Shown one piece after another: positions 50,732 to 60,096 of a DNA stretch of 64,000 bases. The translations under genes were made by a program, and so were the position numbers. The DNA comes from Bacteroidales bacterium (GTDB lineage Bacteria > Bacteroidota > Bacteroidia > Bacteroidales > UBA1715): the NCBI GenBank assembly GCA_045615765.1, contig JAZLFM010000054.1, forward strand, positions 38,265-102,264. Reading direction: 5' to 3'. Within the stretch, counting starts at the first letter, position 1; each line of letters starts with the position of its first letter. Under the pieces are notes generated by a model. That model saw only the letters and a program-made list of their open reading frames with translations, was not told the DNA's origin and made no database searches.

Positions 50732-53713
50732 TTAAAACGATAGATTTACCCCCATCAAGAACAACCGTTGTTTCGGATAATCATAATAGTAAATTCCGTT
50801 CGAACGAGTTTCTGGGTCTAAACCGGTGAATTTTGTCCACAAAAATGGATTTTGTACTTGCGCATAAATCATACAGCGACTTAATTTTACCTTTTCGCAA
50901 GCAGAAGCAGGAATAGTATAATTCAATTGAATATTTTTCAAACGAATATAAGAGCCATCCTCTAAGTAACGAGTTGAAAATCTATTACTATTGCTTCCAT
51001 TATTTTGAACGACCTTAGGATTTTTTGCCTTATCACCAGGTTTTCTCCAATAATTTGCAGCCTCAGCAGATTGATTCAATTCTGTTGTTGCGCCATCTGC
51101 TATCAATTCATTATTCAACTGATTGAAAATCAAGTTGCCATACGAACAATAGAACATGAAATTCAAAGACCAGTTTCCATAATTCAAAGTATTCGTCCAA
51201 CCTGCAGTAAATTTAGGATCCGCACTACCAGCTATCACCTTACGCGCGTTATTGTAATCTTTAGTCAAATTTCCATCTTTATCGTACCACATAGGTGAAC
51301 CATCAGCAGAGTTCACGCCAGCCCATTCTGCTAAATAAAATGTTTGTAAAGATTGTCCTTTCGTACGGATTTTTGTACTTACAACAATAGTATCACTTCC
51401 ATACAATTGAGTGATTTCATTGTGATTATGAGCAAAAGTAAATGATGTCGTCCAATTAAATTTATCGCGATTTACGACAGTTGCCGAAGCAGAAAATTCT
51501 ACACCACGATTAACCATAGAACCTACATTTTGCATTTGATTTTCATAACCAGTTGTCATCGATACAGGAACAGCAAGCAACAAGTCGTATGTATTACGAT
51601 TATATAAATCTAAACCAAGATTAAATCGTTTTAGGAACTTCATATCTATACCTAAATCGGCATTGCGGTTCTTTTCCCATGTCAACTCATCGTTACCCAT
51701 TGTTGTTGGTGTACTACCAGGTTCATCCATATAGTTATTACCAAAGGAATACAACTGCATATACAAATAATCGTCGATAGCTGAGTTACCCGATGTTCCA
51801 TAACTACCACGAACTTTCAACAAATCTATCCACGAAACAGACTGCATAAAAACTTCGTCGGAAACTATCCAAGATCCACCAACCGACCAGAATGGAGCCC
51901 AACGATGCGAAGGGCTGAATTTAGAAGAACCATCTACACGGAAACTAGCGCTCAAATAATATTTTGCCGCAAAGTTATATTGTATGCTTGAAATACCCGA
52001 AAGCAACGAAGCACCACGTCCATATTCATTCATTTGCTCCATCTGCGATGCATTCGAAATACTTGATAAACTTTCGGAAGCGAAATTAGAAGCAATCATA
52101 TTCGAAAAATTCAACGCATTCGATTCTGCTTCAAAACCACCCATAATTTGTAAAGCATGTTTCAAATGTTTATAATTCCATTTCAAAGTAGAAGAAGATG
52201 TCCATGTAGTTACTTGTGTAGAATAGTAAGAAGACACCCCATTTTTATCGGAGCCATCTGGAGTTTCTGGATGTAAATAAGCATATTCATCGACATTTAT
52301 ATAATCGATATTTGCAATCGTTTTAAAATCAAAATTGTATGGCAATTTATATTCTATAAACGCATTACCTAACAAACGCTTTGTTTTATTGTAGTTCTCA
52401 TTTAATGCAATTACACCTACAGGATTATAGAACTTATTCGCAAAATTGTAGGATTCACCATTTTTCACCGCAATTGTTGGTTTTGCCGTATATGCAGTTG
52501 TCACCGGACTTGAAGTATAACCAGGTTCAACTGTTGCATGCTGAATAGTGTAAGATGGATTGAATTTGAAACCAAATGTACACTTATCGGAAGCTTTATG
52601 AGAAAGGTTCAAACGAGCCGAAGAACGTTGTAAATCTGTACCTGTTACAATACCTTCTTCTTTTTTATATTGAGCAGATGCAAAAAAAGTCGTAGCATCT
52701 GTACCTCCTTGAGCCGAAAATTCATAAGACTGACTCCATGCCTTTTGATAAACCTCATCAAACCAATTTACCTTTGCTGTATCATCCAATAACTCTTCTG
52801 CAATTTGTTCATTGGATTTACCAGCATTACGCATAGCTTCTGTTATCCAAGATTTATATTGGTCCGCTGACATTAGTTTAAAATTGTTAGTTGTAATCAC
52901 ACCCAATCCTTGTGTCGAAGAAAACGAATACACCGTTTTTCCCGATTTACCCGATTTACCCGATTTGGTCGTAACCATAATGACACCATTCGAAGCACGA
53001 GAACCGTACAACGATGTTGCCGCAGCATCCTTCAAAATAGAAATACTTTCTATATCACTCGGATTCAAAGAAGTTAATATTGATGAGGCATCAGAATTTT
53101 GTGATGTTTCTCCAGAAAACATTGCCACACCATCAATTACAATCAACGGAGAACTTCCTGCCGAAATAGAACCTGCTCCACGCAATTGAATTTCCGACGA
53201 AGCACCAGGTTGTCCCGAATTTGTACTTAAAACAATACCCGGAACATTTCCTTGCAATGCTTTTTCGAAACTCGATGACTGTGAAGCAACAATATCATCA
53301 GCTTTTATAGCCGACAACGAACCGGTAAACGATTCCTTCTTTTGTTTTCCATACGGAACTGTTACAACCACAGTTTCAATCATTAACGCATCCGTACTCA
53401 AAGCAACATTATATTCGGACGATGCTGTAACAGGAACAACCGTAGTTTGATATCCCATATAACTAAACTCCAATCCTGCAGCATTTTCAGGGATTTCGAA
53501 CACGAATGTACCATCCAAGTCCGTAAATGTTCCATACGATGTTGGAGTATATCCACCATTCGCATTTTTCGTCATAGCAGCAACCGATGCGGCAATCAAT
53601 GCTTCTTTCGTTTTCGCATCTGTAACTTTTCCTTTTACTTCACGCGTTTGTCCAAAAGCACAAACACTTGTAATTATCAAAAATATAAAAGAGTAAATTT
53701 TCTTCATAGACAT
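50732..53713 (-). CDS. SusC/RagA-family TonB-dependent outer-membrane transporter
   Basis: Signal peptide, carboxypeptidase-regulatory-like domain (VKGKVTDAKTKEALIAASV), plug region, large barrel and C-terminal LMGVNLSF. Start at 53713 or 53707; the ORF-track start at 53728 lies inside the -7 box. Confidence 0.88.
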   Translation of the reverse strand: MSMKKIYSFIFLIITSVCAFGQTREVKGKVTDAKTKEALIAASVAAMTKNANGGYTPTSYGTFTDLDGTFVFEIPENAAGLEFSYMGYQTTVVPVTASSEYNVALSTDALMIETVVVTVPYGKQKKESFTGSLSAIKADDIVASQSSSFEKALQGNVPGIVLSTNSGQPGASSEIQLRGAGSISAGSSPLIVIDGVAMFSGETSQNSDASSILTSLNPSDIESISILKDAAATSLYGSRASNGVIMVTTKSGKSGKSGKTVYSFSSTQGLGVITTNNFKLMSADQYKSWITEAMRNAGKSNEQIAEELLDDTAKVNWFDEVYQKAWSQSYEFSAQGGTDATTFFASAQYKKEEGIVTGTDLQRSSARLNLSHKASDKCTFGFKFNPSYTIQHATVEPGYTSSPVTTAYTAKPTIAVKNGESYNFANKFYNPVGVIALNENYNKTKRLLGNAFIEYKLPYNFDFKTIANIDYINVDEYAYLHPETPDGSDKNGVSSYYSTQVTTWTSSSTLKWNYKHLKHALQIMGGFEAESNALNFSNMIASNFASESLSSISNASQMEQMNEYGRGASLLSGISSIQYNFAAKYYLSASFRVDGSSKFSPSHRWAPFWSVGGSWIVSDEVFMQSVSWIDLLKVRGSYGTSGNSAIDDYLYMQLYSFGNNYMDEPGSTPTTMGNDELTWEKNRNADLGIDMKFLKRFNLGLDLYNRNTYDLLLAVPVSMTTGYENQMQNVGSMVNRGVEFSASATVVNRDKFNWTTSFTFAHNHNEITQLYGSDTIVVSTKIRTKGQSLQTFYLAEWAGVNSADGSPMWYDKDGNLTKDYNNARKVIAGSADPKFTAGWTNTLNYGNWSLNFMFYCSYGNLIFNQLNNELIADGATTELNQSAEAANYWRKPGDKAKNPKVVQNNGSNSNRFSTRYLEDGSYIRLKNIQLNYTIPASACEKVKLSRCMIYAQVQNPFLWTKFTGLDPETRSNGIYYYDYPKQRLFLMGVNLSF

Positions 53714-53725
53714 TTTTTTGCTGAA

Positions 53726-53733
53726 CAAAGGTA
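53726..53733 (-). promoter_or_regulatory. -7 promoter box (TACCTTTG) for the SusC-like gene
   Basis: Plus-strand caaaggta between the stop of the upstream gene (53741) and the SusC start. Confidence 0.5.
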
Positions 53734-53740
53734 CATTTTA

Positions 53741-54382
53741 TTATTTAAAGAATTTCAAATAACTGCGTACTAACATTGCATGTATTTTTTGAGCATCCTC
53801 CAATTGCTTTGGTTGAATATCTGGATTTTCTTGTTCAAACTGGGCACACATTTCCGCCAACAGTTCATCTCCATTAAAATCCTCAAAATTATCGTCAACC
53901 TTAACAACTACATTATATGAAATTCGTGGTAATATTCTATTCGCCATTCGCAAAGCGATTACTCGTTCATCTTCGGACATAACCGTTTTTGAGCAAAGCT
54001 CCGCAATTGTATCTTCATAATAATCTGGACAAGTTGACAATAACAAGACCTGCGTATGTAATGCATTAAAATAATGTTCCTTGTTTGTTTCCTTATCCGT
54101 TTCACACAATTCGATAGCACGCTGAGTCATAACTAAAGCCATCTGAAGCATTTTTATTTCTTCTTCCTCTTCTTCCACTAAATCATAGTGATGCATAACC
54201 AACAACGATTTTGCTAATTTCCATAATTCTGGAGTATTCCATAACAATGTTGGATACTGCATAACCGACTCATACACAAAAGGTAAAATATGCTGCGCTT
54301 TAGCTTGTTTTCCTTCGTTGGAAAACTCTAGCACTTTATTTACAACAGCAAGCAATACTTCTTCTGGATTTTCTTGATTCAT
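53741..54382 (-). CDS. Hypothetical all-helical acidic protein, 213 aa
   Basis: No signal peptide or TM segment, an EEEEEE run, and no motif I recognise. The start lies 2 nt after the stop of the cyclase-HD gene. Confidence 0.55.
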   Translation of the reverse strand: MNQENPEEVLLAVVNKVLEFSNEGKQAKAQHILPFVYESVMQYPTLLWNTPELWKLAKSLLVMHHYDLVEEEEEEIKMLQMALVMTQRAIELCETDKETNKEHYFNALHTQVLLLSTCPDYYEDTIAELCSKTVMSEDERVIALRMANRILPRISYNVVVKVDDNFEDFNGDELLAEMCAQFEQENPDIQPKQLEDAQKIHAMLVRSYLKFFK

Positions 54383-54384
54383 AA

Positions 54385-55716
54385 TTAGTCTTCTATCAAT
54401 GATTGTAATCGTTCAATTTGATTTTGTTTATTAACCTCACGATTATTCTTTGCAAAATTGGTAAAATAAGTGTGATTTGAAAGGAATTTTATTTGCTGTT
54501 TATTCCAGGTATTTTTATCTGCAACAAGATTTTGTACATGCAATTCATCATATAAAGTGTCAGATACAGGAACAAAATCAGGTCTTCCTAAATAATCTAA
54601 ATCAGCATCACACATAATACATTCCAACAATGTTTGTGGATTTGGCGGCAATTGTGTAGCCATTATCAACGTACACACTTTCTCGATTTGCTCTGTCGTA
54701 TATTTATACTGAGGTAAAATTTCACGAGCATATTCACAACCTATCGCTTCGTGCCCTTTTGACTGCACTATCTGTCCCATATCGTGCAACAAAGCAGCAG
54801 TACGCAACAGCAGCATATCTTCTTCGTCGGTAACATTTTCCGCTATTCCTATCACCTCAACGCCGACAAGCACATCCATCGTATGTTTAACATTATGGTA
54901 GTGAAGATATTGCGGTAGTTCATTCTCTAATCGTGTCAAAATATATTCTTCCAAATCTGGAAAACGGACACGACCAAGTTTCACAAAGAATGCATAATTT
55001 GGAATCTGCAAATTTGCATCTTCCGAGAAGCGAGGTTTAAAACCTACAACTTCATACATATTTATCACGCCCGTATATTTTACCGGCAAGGCACCAATTG
55101 GTTCACAAGAAAAAATATCGCGTACAAACTCGTATGTCGTTTCGGAAATAATAATTTTTCCAACTTTTCCATACGATTCTATACGACTTGCAATATTGGC
55201 AGCATCTCCTTTAATCTCATACGAAGCCTTCTTTTTACCTGAAATTGTTGCAACAACAGGACCGGTATGTATGCCTAAACGAATGTTCCAAATATTTTTT
55301 TCTTCACGCATATAGCGAACGATTTCCATCGCCGCCAAAATCATTTCTATAGGATTTGTTCTATTTTTTTGCGGTATACCACCCGCGCACATATACGAAT
55401 CACCTATGGATTTTACTTTTTCAACATTATATTTTGCAACAATAGAATCAAACTTCATCCATACGGCATCAAGTTCGTCCACTAAATTTTGTGCATTTTC
55501 TAGTTGATGTAACTGTTCAAACCCAACGATATTGGAATACATTACCGTTACCATTTTGAATCGCTTACTTTGCAATTCACCAATAGTATTTGTGCTTTGA
55601 ACCGACGATGACTTTAATTCTACCAATTGTCGATTTGCATCATCTAATTGTTTTTTCAAACGGATTATTTCGTCACGCAGAGCATTGTTTTCCGCTAACA
55701 AACTACTATGTTCCAT
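54385..55716 (-). CDS. Coiled-coil / class III nucleotidyl cyclase / HD-domain fusion protein
   Basis: Cyclase motifs VTVMYSNIVGFE, KSIGDSYMCAGG, GIHTGPVVATISG and GDAANIASRIES. HD motifs HNVKH, LLHDMG, GHEAIG and DADLDYLG. Confidence 0.8.
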   Translation of the reverse strand: MEHSSLLAENNALRDEIIRLKKQLDDANRQLVELKSSSVQSTNTIGELQSKRFKMVTVMYSNIVGFEQLHQLENAQNLVDELDAVWMKFDSIVAKYNVEKVKSIGDSYMCAGGIPQKNRTNPIEMILAAMEIVRYMREEKNIWNIRLGIHTGPVVATISGKKKASYEIKGDAANIASRIESYGKVGKIIISETTYEFVRDIFSCEPIGALPVKYTGVINMYEVVGFKPRFSEDANLQIPNYAFFVKLGRVRFPDLEEYILTRLENELPQYLHYHNVKHTMDVLVGVEVIGIAENVTDEEDMLLLRTAALLHDMGQIVQSKGHEAIGCEYAREILPQYKYTTEQIEKVCTLIMATQLPPNPQTLLECIMCDADLDYLGRPDFVPVSDTLYDELHVQNLVADKNTWNKQQIKFLSNHTYFTNFAKNNREVNKQNQIERLQSLIED

Positions 55717-55771
55717 ACCATTCTAAAATCGATTGAAAAGTACGGATTTTTGCCGAAAGAACAATGATTTT

Positions 55772-56779
55772 CTATGAATTCTTAACATATACCCAAGCCT
55801 TACCATATTCGGAATCTGCTTGTAAAGCCTTAACATATTGTTGCGCTTCGTCAGCATTGACAAAGGCATTCAAATACACACGATTTTTATTGTTGTCAGA
55901 AATTACTCCAGAATTATAATCTTTCGATTGTAATTTTTTTGAATACTTTTCTGCATTCGACTTTACAGAAAAAGTTCCTACTATCACAAAATATTTTGCT
56001 TCACCAGATTCCGTTTCCTCTTTCTTTGGACTTTCAGTCACTTTTTTCGATTCTGAAACTACTTCTATTTCTGCAAAAGACACAGATTGCGGTTCTATAT
56101 TTTGTGCATTTGCTACTTCAATCTCTTGGTTCTGAGTTTCTTCAACAACTGTATTTACTTTGAAATCGTGCGGACGAGGCAATTCAGGCTGCGAAAAATC
56201 TACAGAAGCGTTCGTATTTCTAAAAGCAGAAGCGAATTCCTCATTCTGCGCAATATGTAATATATTGGGAATCAGCAATGCACCAAATAAAATAGGCGAA
56301 GCAATTATCATTGCTTTAGCGGTATTCTTCACTATCTTTTTGGGAAGTTGTCTAGCATTTTTTTTTTCGGCATCCGATAATTTATCTATCGAAAAGCCAG
56401 ACAATCCGTATGTATCAGGAAAAGATTCTGGATTAATTTTAGACTCAAAACTACCATCAACACGAATTACTCCTACTGTTAGTATTTCAAAATCTTCACC
56501 TAACGATATTGATTGAGCAACACTCTTTCCAAAATCTTCAAGCAATTGAGTTGACTGTTCTTCGGTTATAGACAGTTTGGTTGCTATAAATTGAACGAAT
56601 CTTGGAATTTCCACATACTCCTGCGAGAACACAATCTCATATCGCGGCGGAACAAAATCAATTTGTTCTGTTTTCGCCAAACGCGCCGGATGATATTGCA
56701 CAGAAAGTGTTCCCACACACGGAACCGACACTTTACCTGTGCCCATCAAAAATGTACGAATAAGAGAATGCAAATCCAT
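55772..56779 (-). CDS. HU-CCDC81-like N-terminal domain plus SPOR domain protein
   Basis: N-terminus GKVSVPCVGTLSVQYHPA...FVPPRYEIVF, a central TM segment, and a C-terminal SPOR domain (YFVIVGTFSVKSNAEKYSKKLQSKDYNSGVI...). Confidence 0.7.
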   Translation of the reverse strand: MDLHSLIRTFLMGTGKVSVPCVGTLSVQYHPARLAKTEQIDFVPPRYEIVFSQEYVEIPRFVQFIATKLSITEEQSTQLLEDFGKSVAQSISLGEDFEILTVGVIRVDGSFESKINPESFPDTYGLSGFSIDKLSDAEKKNARQLPKKIVKNTAKAMIIASPILFGALLIPNILHIAQNEEFASAFRNTNASVDFSQPELPRPHDFKVNTVVEETQNQEIEVANAQNIEPQSVSFAEIEVVSESKKVTESPKKEETESGEAKYFVIVGTFSVKSNAEKYSKKLQSKDYNSGVISDNNKNRVYLNAFVNADEAQQYVKALQADSEYGKAWVYVKNS

Positions 56780-56872
56780 ATCTTTTCTTTACAGATACAA
56801 ATTTACCCCTCACATGCATTCAAAATCAGAATTTATCTATTGAGTTATCACTCAGTTATTAACAATAAAAAA

Positions 56873-56898
56873 GGCGACCCAACCGAGCCGCCTTTTTT
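56873..56898 (-). terminator. Probable terminator of the small lipoprotein gene
   Basis: Short GC stem ggcg...cgcc flanked by an A-run and a T-run. Confidence 0.45.
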
Positions 56899-56914
56899 AT
56901 TCTAAAGTAAATGA

Positions 56915-57115
56915 CTATTTACATTTGTATTCATATTCTTTACCAAGAACTGTTTCAGTCCATTTACCTGTTTTTTGACATTCGTTTTCGAAATCAATAG
57001 TCTTAGTAATTTTGTCACCATCAACTTTTACAGTACAAACACATTCACGACCGAAACAAGAAGTCAATGCAACCATTGAAGCTCCAAGAGCAACCATTAA
57101 TAATACTTTTTTCAT
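56915..57115 (-). CDS. Small Cys-rich lipoprotein (66 aa)
   Basis: Signal peptide plus lipobox (ALTSC), with four further Cys in the mature part. Confidence 0.55.
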   Translation of the reverse strand: MKKVLLMVALGASMVALTSCFGRECVCTVKVDGDKITKTIDFENECQKTGKWTETVLGKEYEYKCK

Positions 57116-57142
57116 AATTCTATATTTTTTTGTTCAACGAGA

Positions 57143-57150
57143 CAAATGTA
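57143..57150 (-). promoter_or_regulatory. -7 promoter box (TACATTTG) for the small lipoprotein gene
   Basis: Plus-strand caaatgta about 28 nt upstream of the start. Confidence 0.45.
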
Positions 57151-57256
57151 TTGAATATTAATTAACAGAAAGATGTTTTTTTCTAAAATTCACATTTATA
57201 AGAACGAAATGAAAGAAGTATTGGGTTTTATAACCTTTTAAGCAAAAGAAAAACAC

Positions 57257-57264
57257 TATTTTTG
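57257..57264 (+). promoter_or_regulatory. -7 promoter box (TATTTTTG) for the MauE/DoxX-thioredoxin gene
   Basis: tatttttg about 27 nt upstream of the ATG at 57291. Confidence 0.45.
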
Positions 57265-57290
57265 CAAACAAAATAGACTTAGACTATAAA

Positions 57291-58214
57291 ATGAAAGCAA
57301 AAGAATTCATACTACATATCGTACGTTGCATCATTGCGTGTACGTTCATAACCTCAGCAATTCTGAAACTACTTTCATTACAAAACTTCGAACTATATGT
57401 CTATAGTTTTGGTATTTTCAACTACGTTACCACAACATTTGTTGTTCGTGTTCTGTTAGTGATAGAATTCTTGCTTGGCATAGGATTACTCTTTAGAATA
57501 TTTTACAAGCAAAGTTGGTGGGGAACCCTACTCACTCTCATAGGATTTTCTTTATTTCTCGTATATGTAGCAATATTTCGCGGAAGCGAAGATTGTCATT
57601 GTTTTGGAGATTTTGTTGAGCTTGACACCATCCCATCTCTTATCAAAAACTGTATTCTTATTGGTTTGCTTATGCCTGTCAGGAAACAAGAAGAATGGCA
57701 TCACAATATAAAGCCATACATTGTTACGGTTTCGTGTTTATCCGCACTATTTGTCACATTTCTTGGTTATCCAATGAATTCCATGTATTCTATTATGTTT
57801 GGAAACGACGAAGAACGTTTCAATCAAGAATTATACAACAAAGTTCTCAGCAATCCTGAATATGGAACAGAAATAGATTCGTCAAAAAATCAACTTATTG
57901 CATTTGTTTCTTCTACTTGTAAACATTGTAAAGCAGGAAATACAATTCTACAAGCAATAGTCACAAACAACGACATACCAACAAGCAACATTACATGCTT
58001 TATTGCGAGTCCGAACGACACTTTAATCGACTCTTTCAAAATCATTACGAAAACTGAAAAACTCCACTATAAACATGCATCCATGGGAGCATTAATAGGA
58101 ATCACTAACGGATATTTCCCAACATACTTATTCCTTGAAAATGGTAACCCAAGCAAAGCTGTAAGCTACAAAGATTTGGACGAGAAAGAAATAGTGGATT
58201 TTTTGAAAAAATAA
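57291..58214 (+). CDS. MauE/DoxX-family membrane protein fused to a thioredoxin-like domain
   Basis: Four to five TM helices with a CHCFG motif, then a C-terminal soluble domain with a CKHC (CxxC) site. Confidence 0.65.
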   Translation: MKAKEFILHIVRCIIACTFITSAILKLLSLQNFELYVYSFGIFNYVTTTFVVRVLLVIEFLLGIGLLFRIFYKQSWWGTLLTLIGFSLFLVYVAIFRGSEDCHCFGDFVELDTIPSLIKNCILIGLLMPVRKQEEWHHNIKPYIVTVSCLSALFVTFLGYPMNSMYSIMFGNDEERFNQELYNKVLSNPEYGTEIDSSKNQLIAFVSSTCKHCKAGNTILQAIVTNNDIPTSNITCFIASPNDTLIDSFKIITKTEKLHYKHASMGALIGITNGYFPTYLFLENGNPSKAVSYKDLDEKEIVDFLKK

Positions 58215-58262
58215 TTACCTTTGTAAACGAATTACAATAATAACATAGTAAAATATAAGTAT

Positions 58263-58826
58263 ATGATTAACTCTCAAGACATTAAGAAAGGTGTTTGCAT
58301 CCGTATGGATGGTAAAATTTATGTTTGTATTGACTTCCTACATGTAAAACCAGGTAAAGGAAATACAATTATGCGTACAACATTGAAAGACGTTATCAAC
58401 GGTCGCGTTTTGGAACGTCGATTCAATATCGGTGAAAAATTGGAAGATGTTCGTGTAGAACACCGTCCTTACCAATATTTGTATCAAGAAGGTACTGAAT
58501 ATGTATTCATGAACCAAGAAACATTCGAACAAATCAATGTTATGCATGATTTGATCAACGGTGTTGACTTCATGAAAGAAGGTGATGTTGTTGACGCTGT
58601 ATTTGATGCTTCTACAGAAACATTATTATACGCAGAAATGCCACAAATGGTAGTTTTGGAAATCACTTACACTGAACCAGGTGTAAAAGGTGATACTGCA
58701 ACAAACGCTATGAAACCTGCAACTGTAGAAACAGGTGCTGAAGTTCGTGTACCATTGTTCATCAACACTGGCGAAAAAATCAAAGTTGATACAACAACAG
58801 GTGAATATAAAGAACGCGTAAAATAA
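58263..58826 (+). CDS. efp: Elongation factor P
   Basis: FLHVKPGKGNTIMRTTLKDV and VETGAEVRVPLFI are canonical EF-P segments. Confidence 0.95.
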   Translation: MINSQDIKKGVCIRMDGKIYVCIDFLHVKPGKGNTIMRTTLKDVINGRVLERRFNIGEKLEDVRVEHRPYQYLYQEGTEYVFMNQETFEQINVMHDLINGVDFMKEGDVVDAVFDASTETLLYAEMPQMVVLEITYTEPGVKGDTATNAMKPATVETGAEVRVPLFINTGEKIKVDTTTGEYKERVK

Positions 58827-58838
58827 TTTCTATGAGCA

Positions 58839-60086
58839 ATGGCTATTGTTGATTTAATACGGCAAAAGTTTGAGCTTGCCGATTTCAAGCTCAAAACATT
58901 GTTGGATGTCACAATGGCGATAAATGCAAATTGCTCTGCAAAGGAACTCTTACAGAAATATCGCAGTATTCTTTGCGATGATTTTGGTGTTGCTCGCTTA
59001 ATTGCATTTGCTTGCAATCAAAATTGGAAAAAAGTAATATCTGTAGGTGTACCTGATGAATTAGGTAATAACGCCGACGAGGTTTCGTCGGCGTTACTTG
59101 CTTTTAAGGATGTAACCTATCTCAGTCCTGAAGACAAAAAGAATCCTATATTAGAACCTTTCGACGTTCTTGTTACTGTTTACCACAAAAACATTCCTTT
59201 ATCCTATATTTTAATTGGAGATGTTTCCGCCGACGAAACCGTATTTGGTATCAACTATTTGGAACAAAATCTGAATGCCATACGAACATTGTCAAACTTG
59301 ATTGTCGTTGCCTTAGAAAACAAACGATTATACAAAAAAACTTTGGAACAAGAATCTATGAAAAAAGAGCTGGAAGTTGCATCGAAAATGCAAGCAATGC
59401 TTATTCCCACGCAGGATTCTCTTCCAAAAAACAAATACATACAAATTGCATCGTACTATCAACCACACTCTATGGTGGGCGGAGATTATTATGATTTTCT
59501 ACAATTAAATGAGTACGAGTATGGATTTTGCATAGGTGATGTTTCTGGGAAAGGTATCGCTGCCGCTATCCTAATGTCGAATTTCCAAGCCAATTTGCGA
59601 ATTCTTTTCAAACATAAAGTTCCACTTACAACTTTAATAAAGGAATTAAACCAAATCGTAAACAAAAACGCACAAGGCGACCGATTCGTTACATTTTTTG
59701 TCGGTATTTACAATGGCAAAAAACACTCTCTTCAGTATGTAAATGCCGGACATAACCCTCCATTACTTTTAAGTAAAGAAAAAGCACAGCTACAATATCT
59801 TACAAAAGGTTGTGTTGGTTTAGGAATGCTTGAAGAAATACCTTCTATTACAGAAGGCGAAATACATATATCGGCTGGCGATAAGTTGTTTTGCTACACC
59901 GACGGCTTAATAGAAGCTGAAAACAATAACGATGAATCTTTTGGAACAATTCCAATAGAAGGTGCTTTAACCATAGATGGCTCGTCGTCCGACATTGTTC
60001 ATTTTCTATATAATGAGCTACAATTATTTTTGGGAGATAAACCTTGTGGAGATGATATTTCAATGCTTGGCATTGATTTCTTATAA
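58839..60086 (+). CDS. SpoIIE/PP2C-family protein phosphatase with N-terminal GAF-like sensor
   Basis: GGDYYDF, GDVSGKGIAAA, YVNAGHNPP, TDGLIEA and DDISMLGI motifs. Confidence 0.8.
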   Translation: MAIVDLIRQKFELADFKLKTLLDVTMAINANCSAKELLQKYRSILCDDFGVARLIAFACNQNWKKVISVGVPDELGNNADEVSSALLAFKDVTYLSPEDKKNPILEPFDVLVTVYHKNIPLSYILIGDVSADETVFGINYLEQNLNAIRTLSNLIVVALENKRLYKKTLEQESMKKELEVASKMQAMLIPTQDSLPKNKYIQIASYYQPHSMVGGDYYDFLQLNEYEYGFCIGDVSGKGIAAAILMSNFQANLRILFKHKVPLTTLIKELNQIVNKNAQGDRFVTFFVGIYNGKKHSLQYVNAGHNPPLLLSKEKAQLQYLTKGCVGLGMLEEIPSITEGEIHISAGDKLFCYTDGLIEAENNNDESFGTIPIEGALTIDGSSSDIVHFLYNELQLFLGDKPCGDDISMLGIDFL

Positions 60087-60096
60087 CAAAACCCAC

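Noticed and set aside
54385-55716. Assignment of the cyclase-HD gene to Pycsar, CBASS or other named cyclic-nucleotide defence systems
   Set aside because: No cNMP-binding, TIR, transmembrane, patatin or nuclease effector gene is adjacent. The cyclase is class III rather than CD-NTase-like. The flanks are housekeeping-type genes. It is kept only as an open hypothesis in the findings.
57174-57242. 22-codon ORF (MFFSKIHIYKNEMKEVLGFITF) in the divergent promoter region
   Set aside because: It has no promoter box in the proper position, no recognisable peptide family, and lies within probable regulatory DNA. Support is insufficient.
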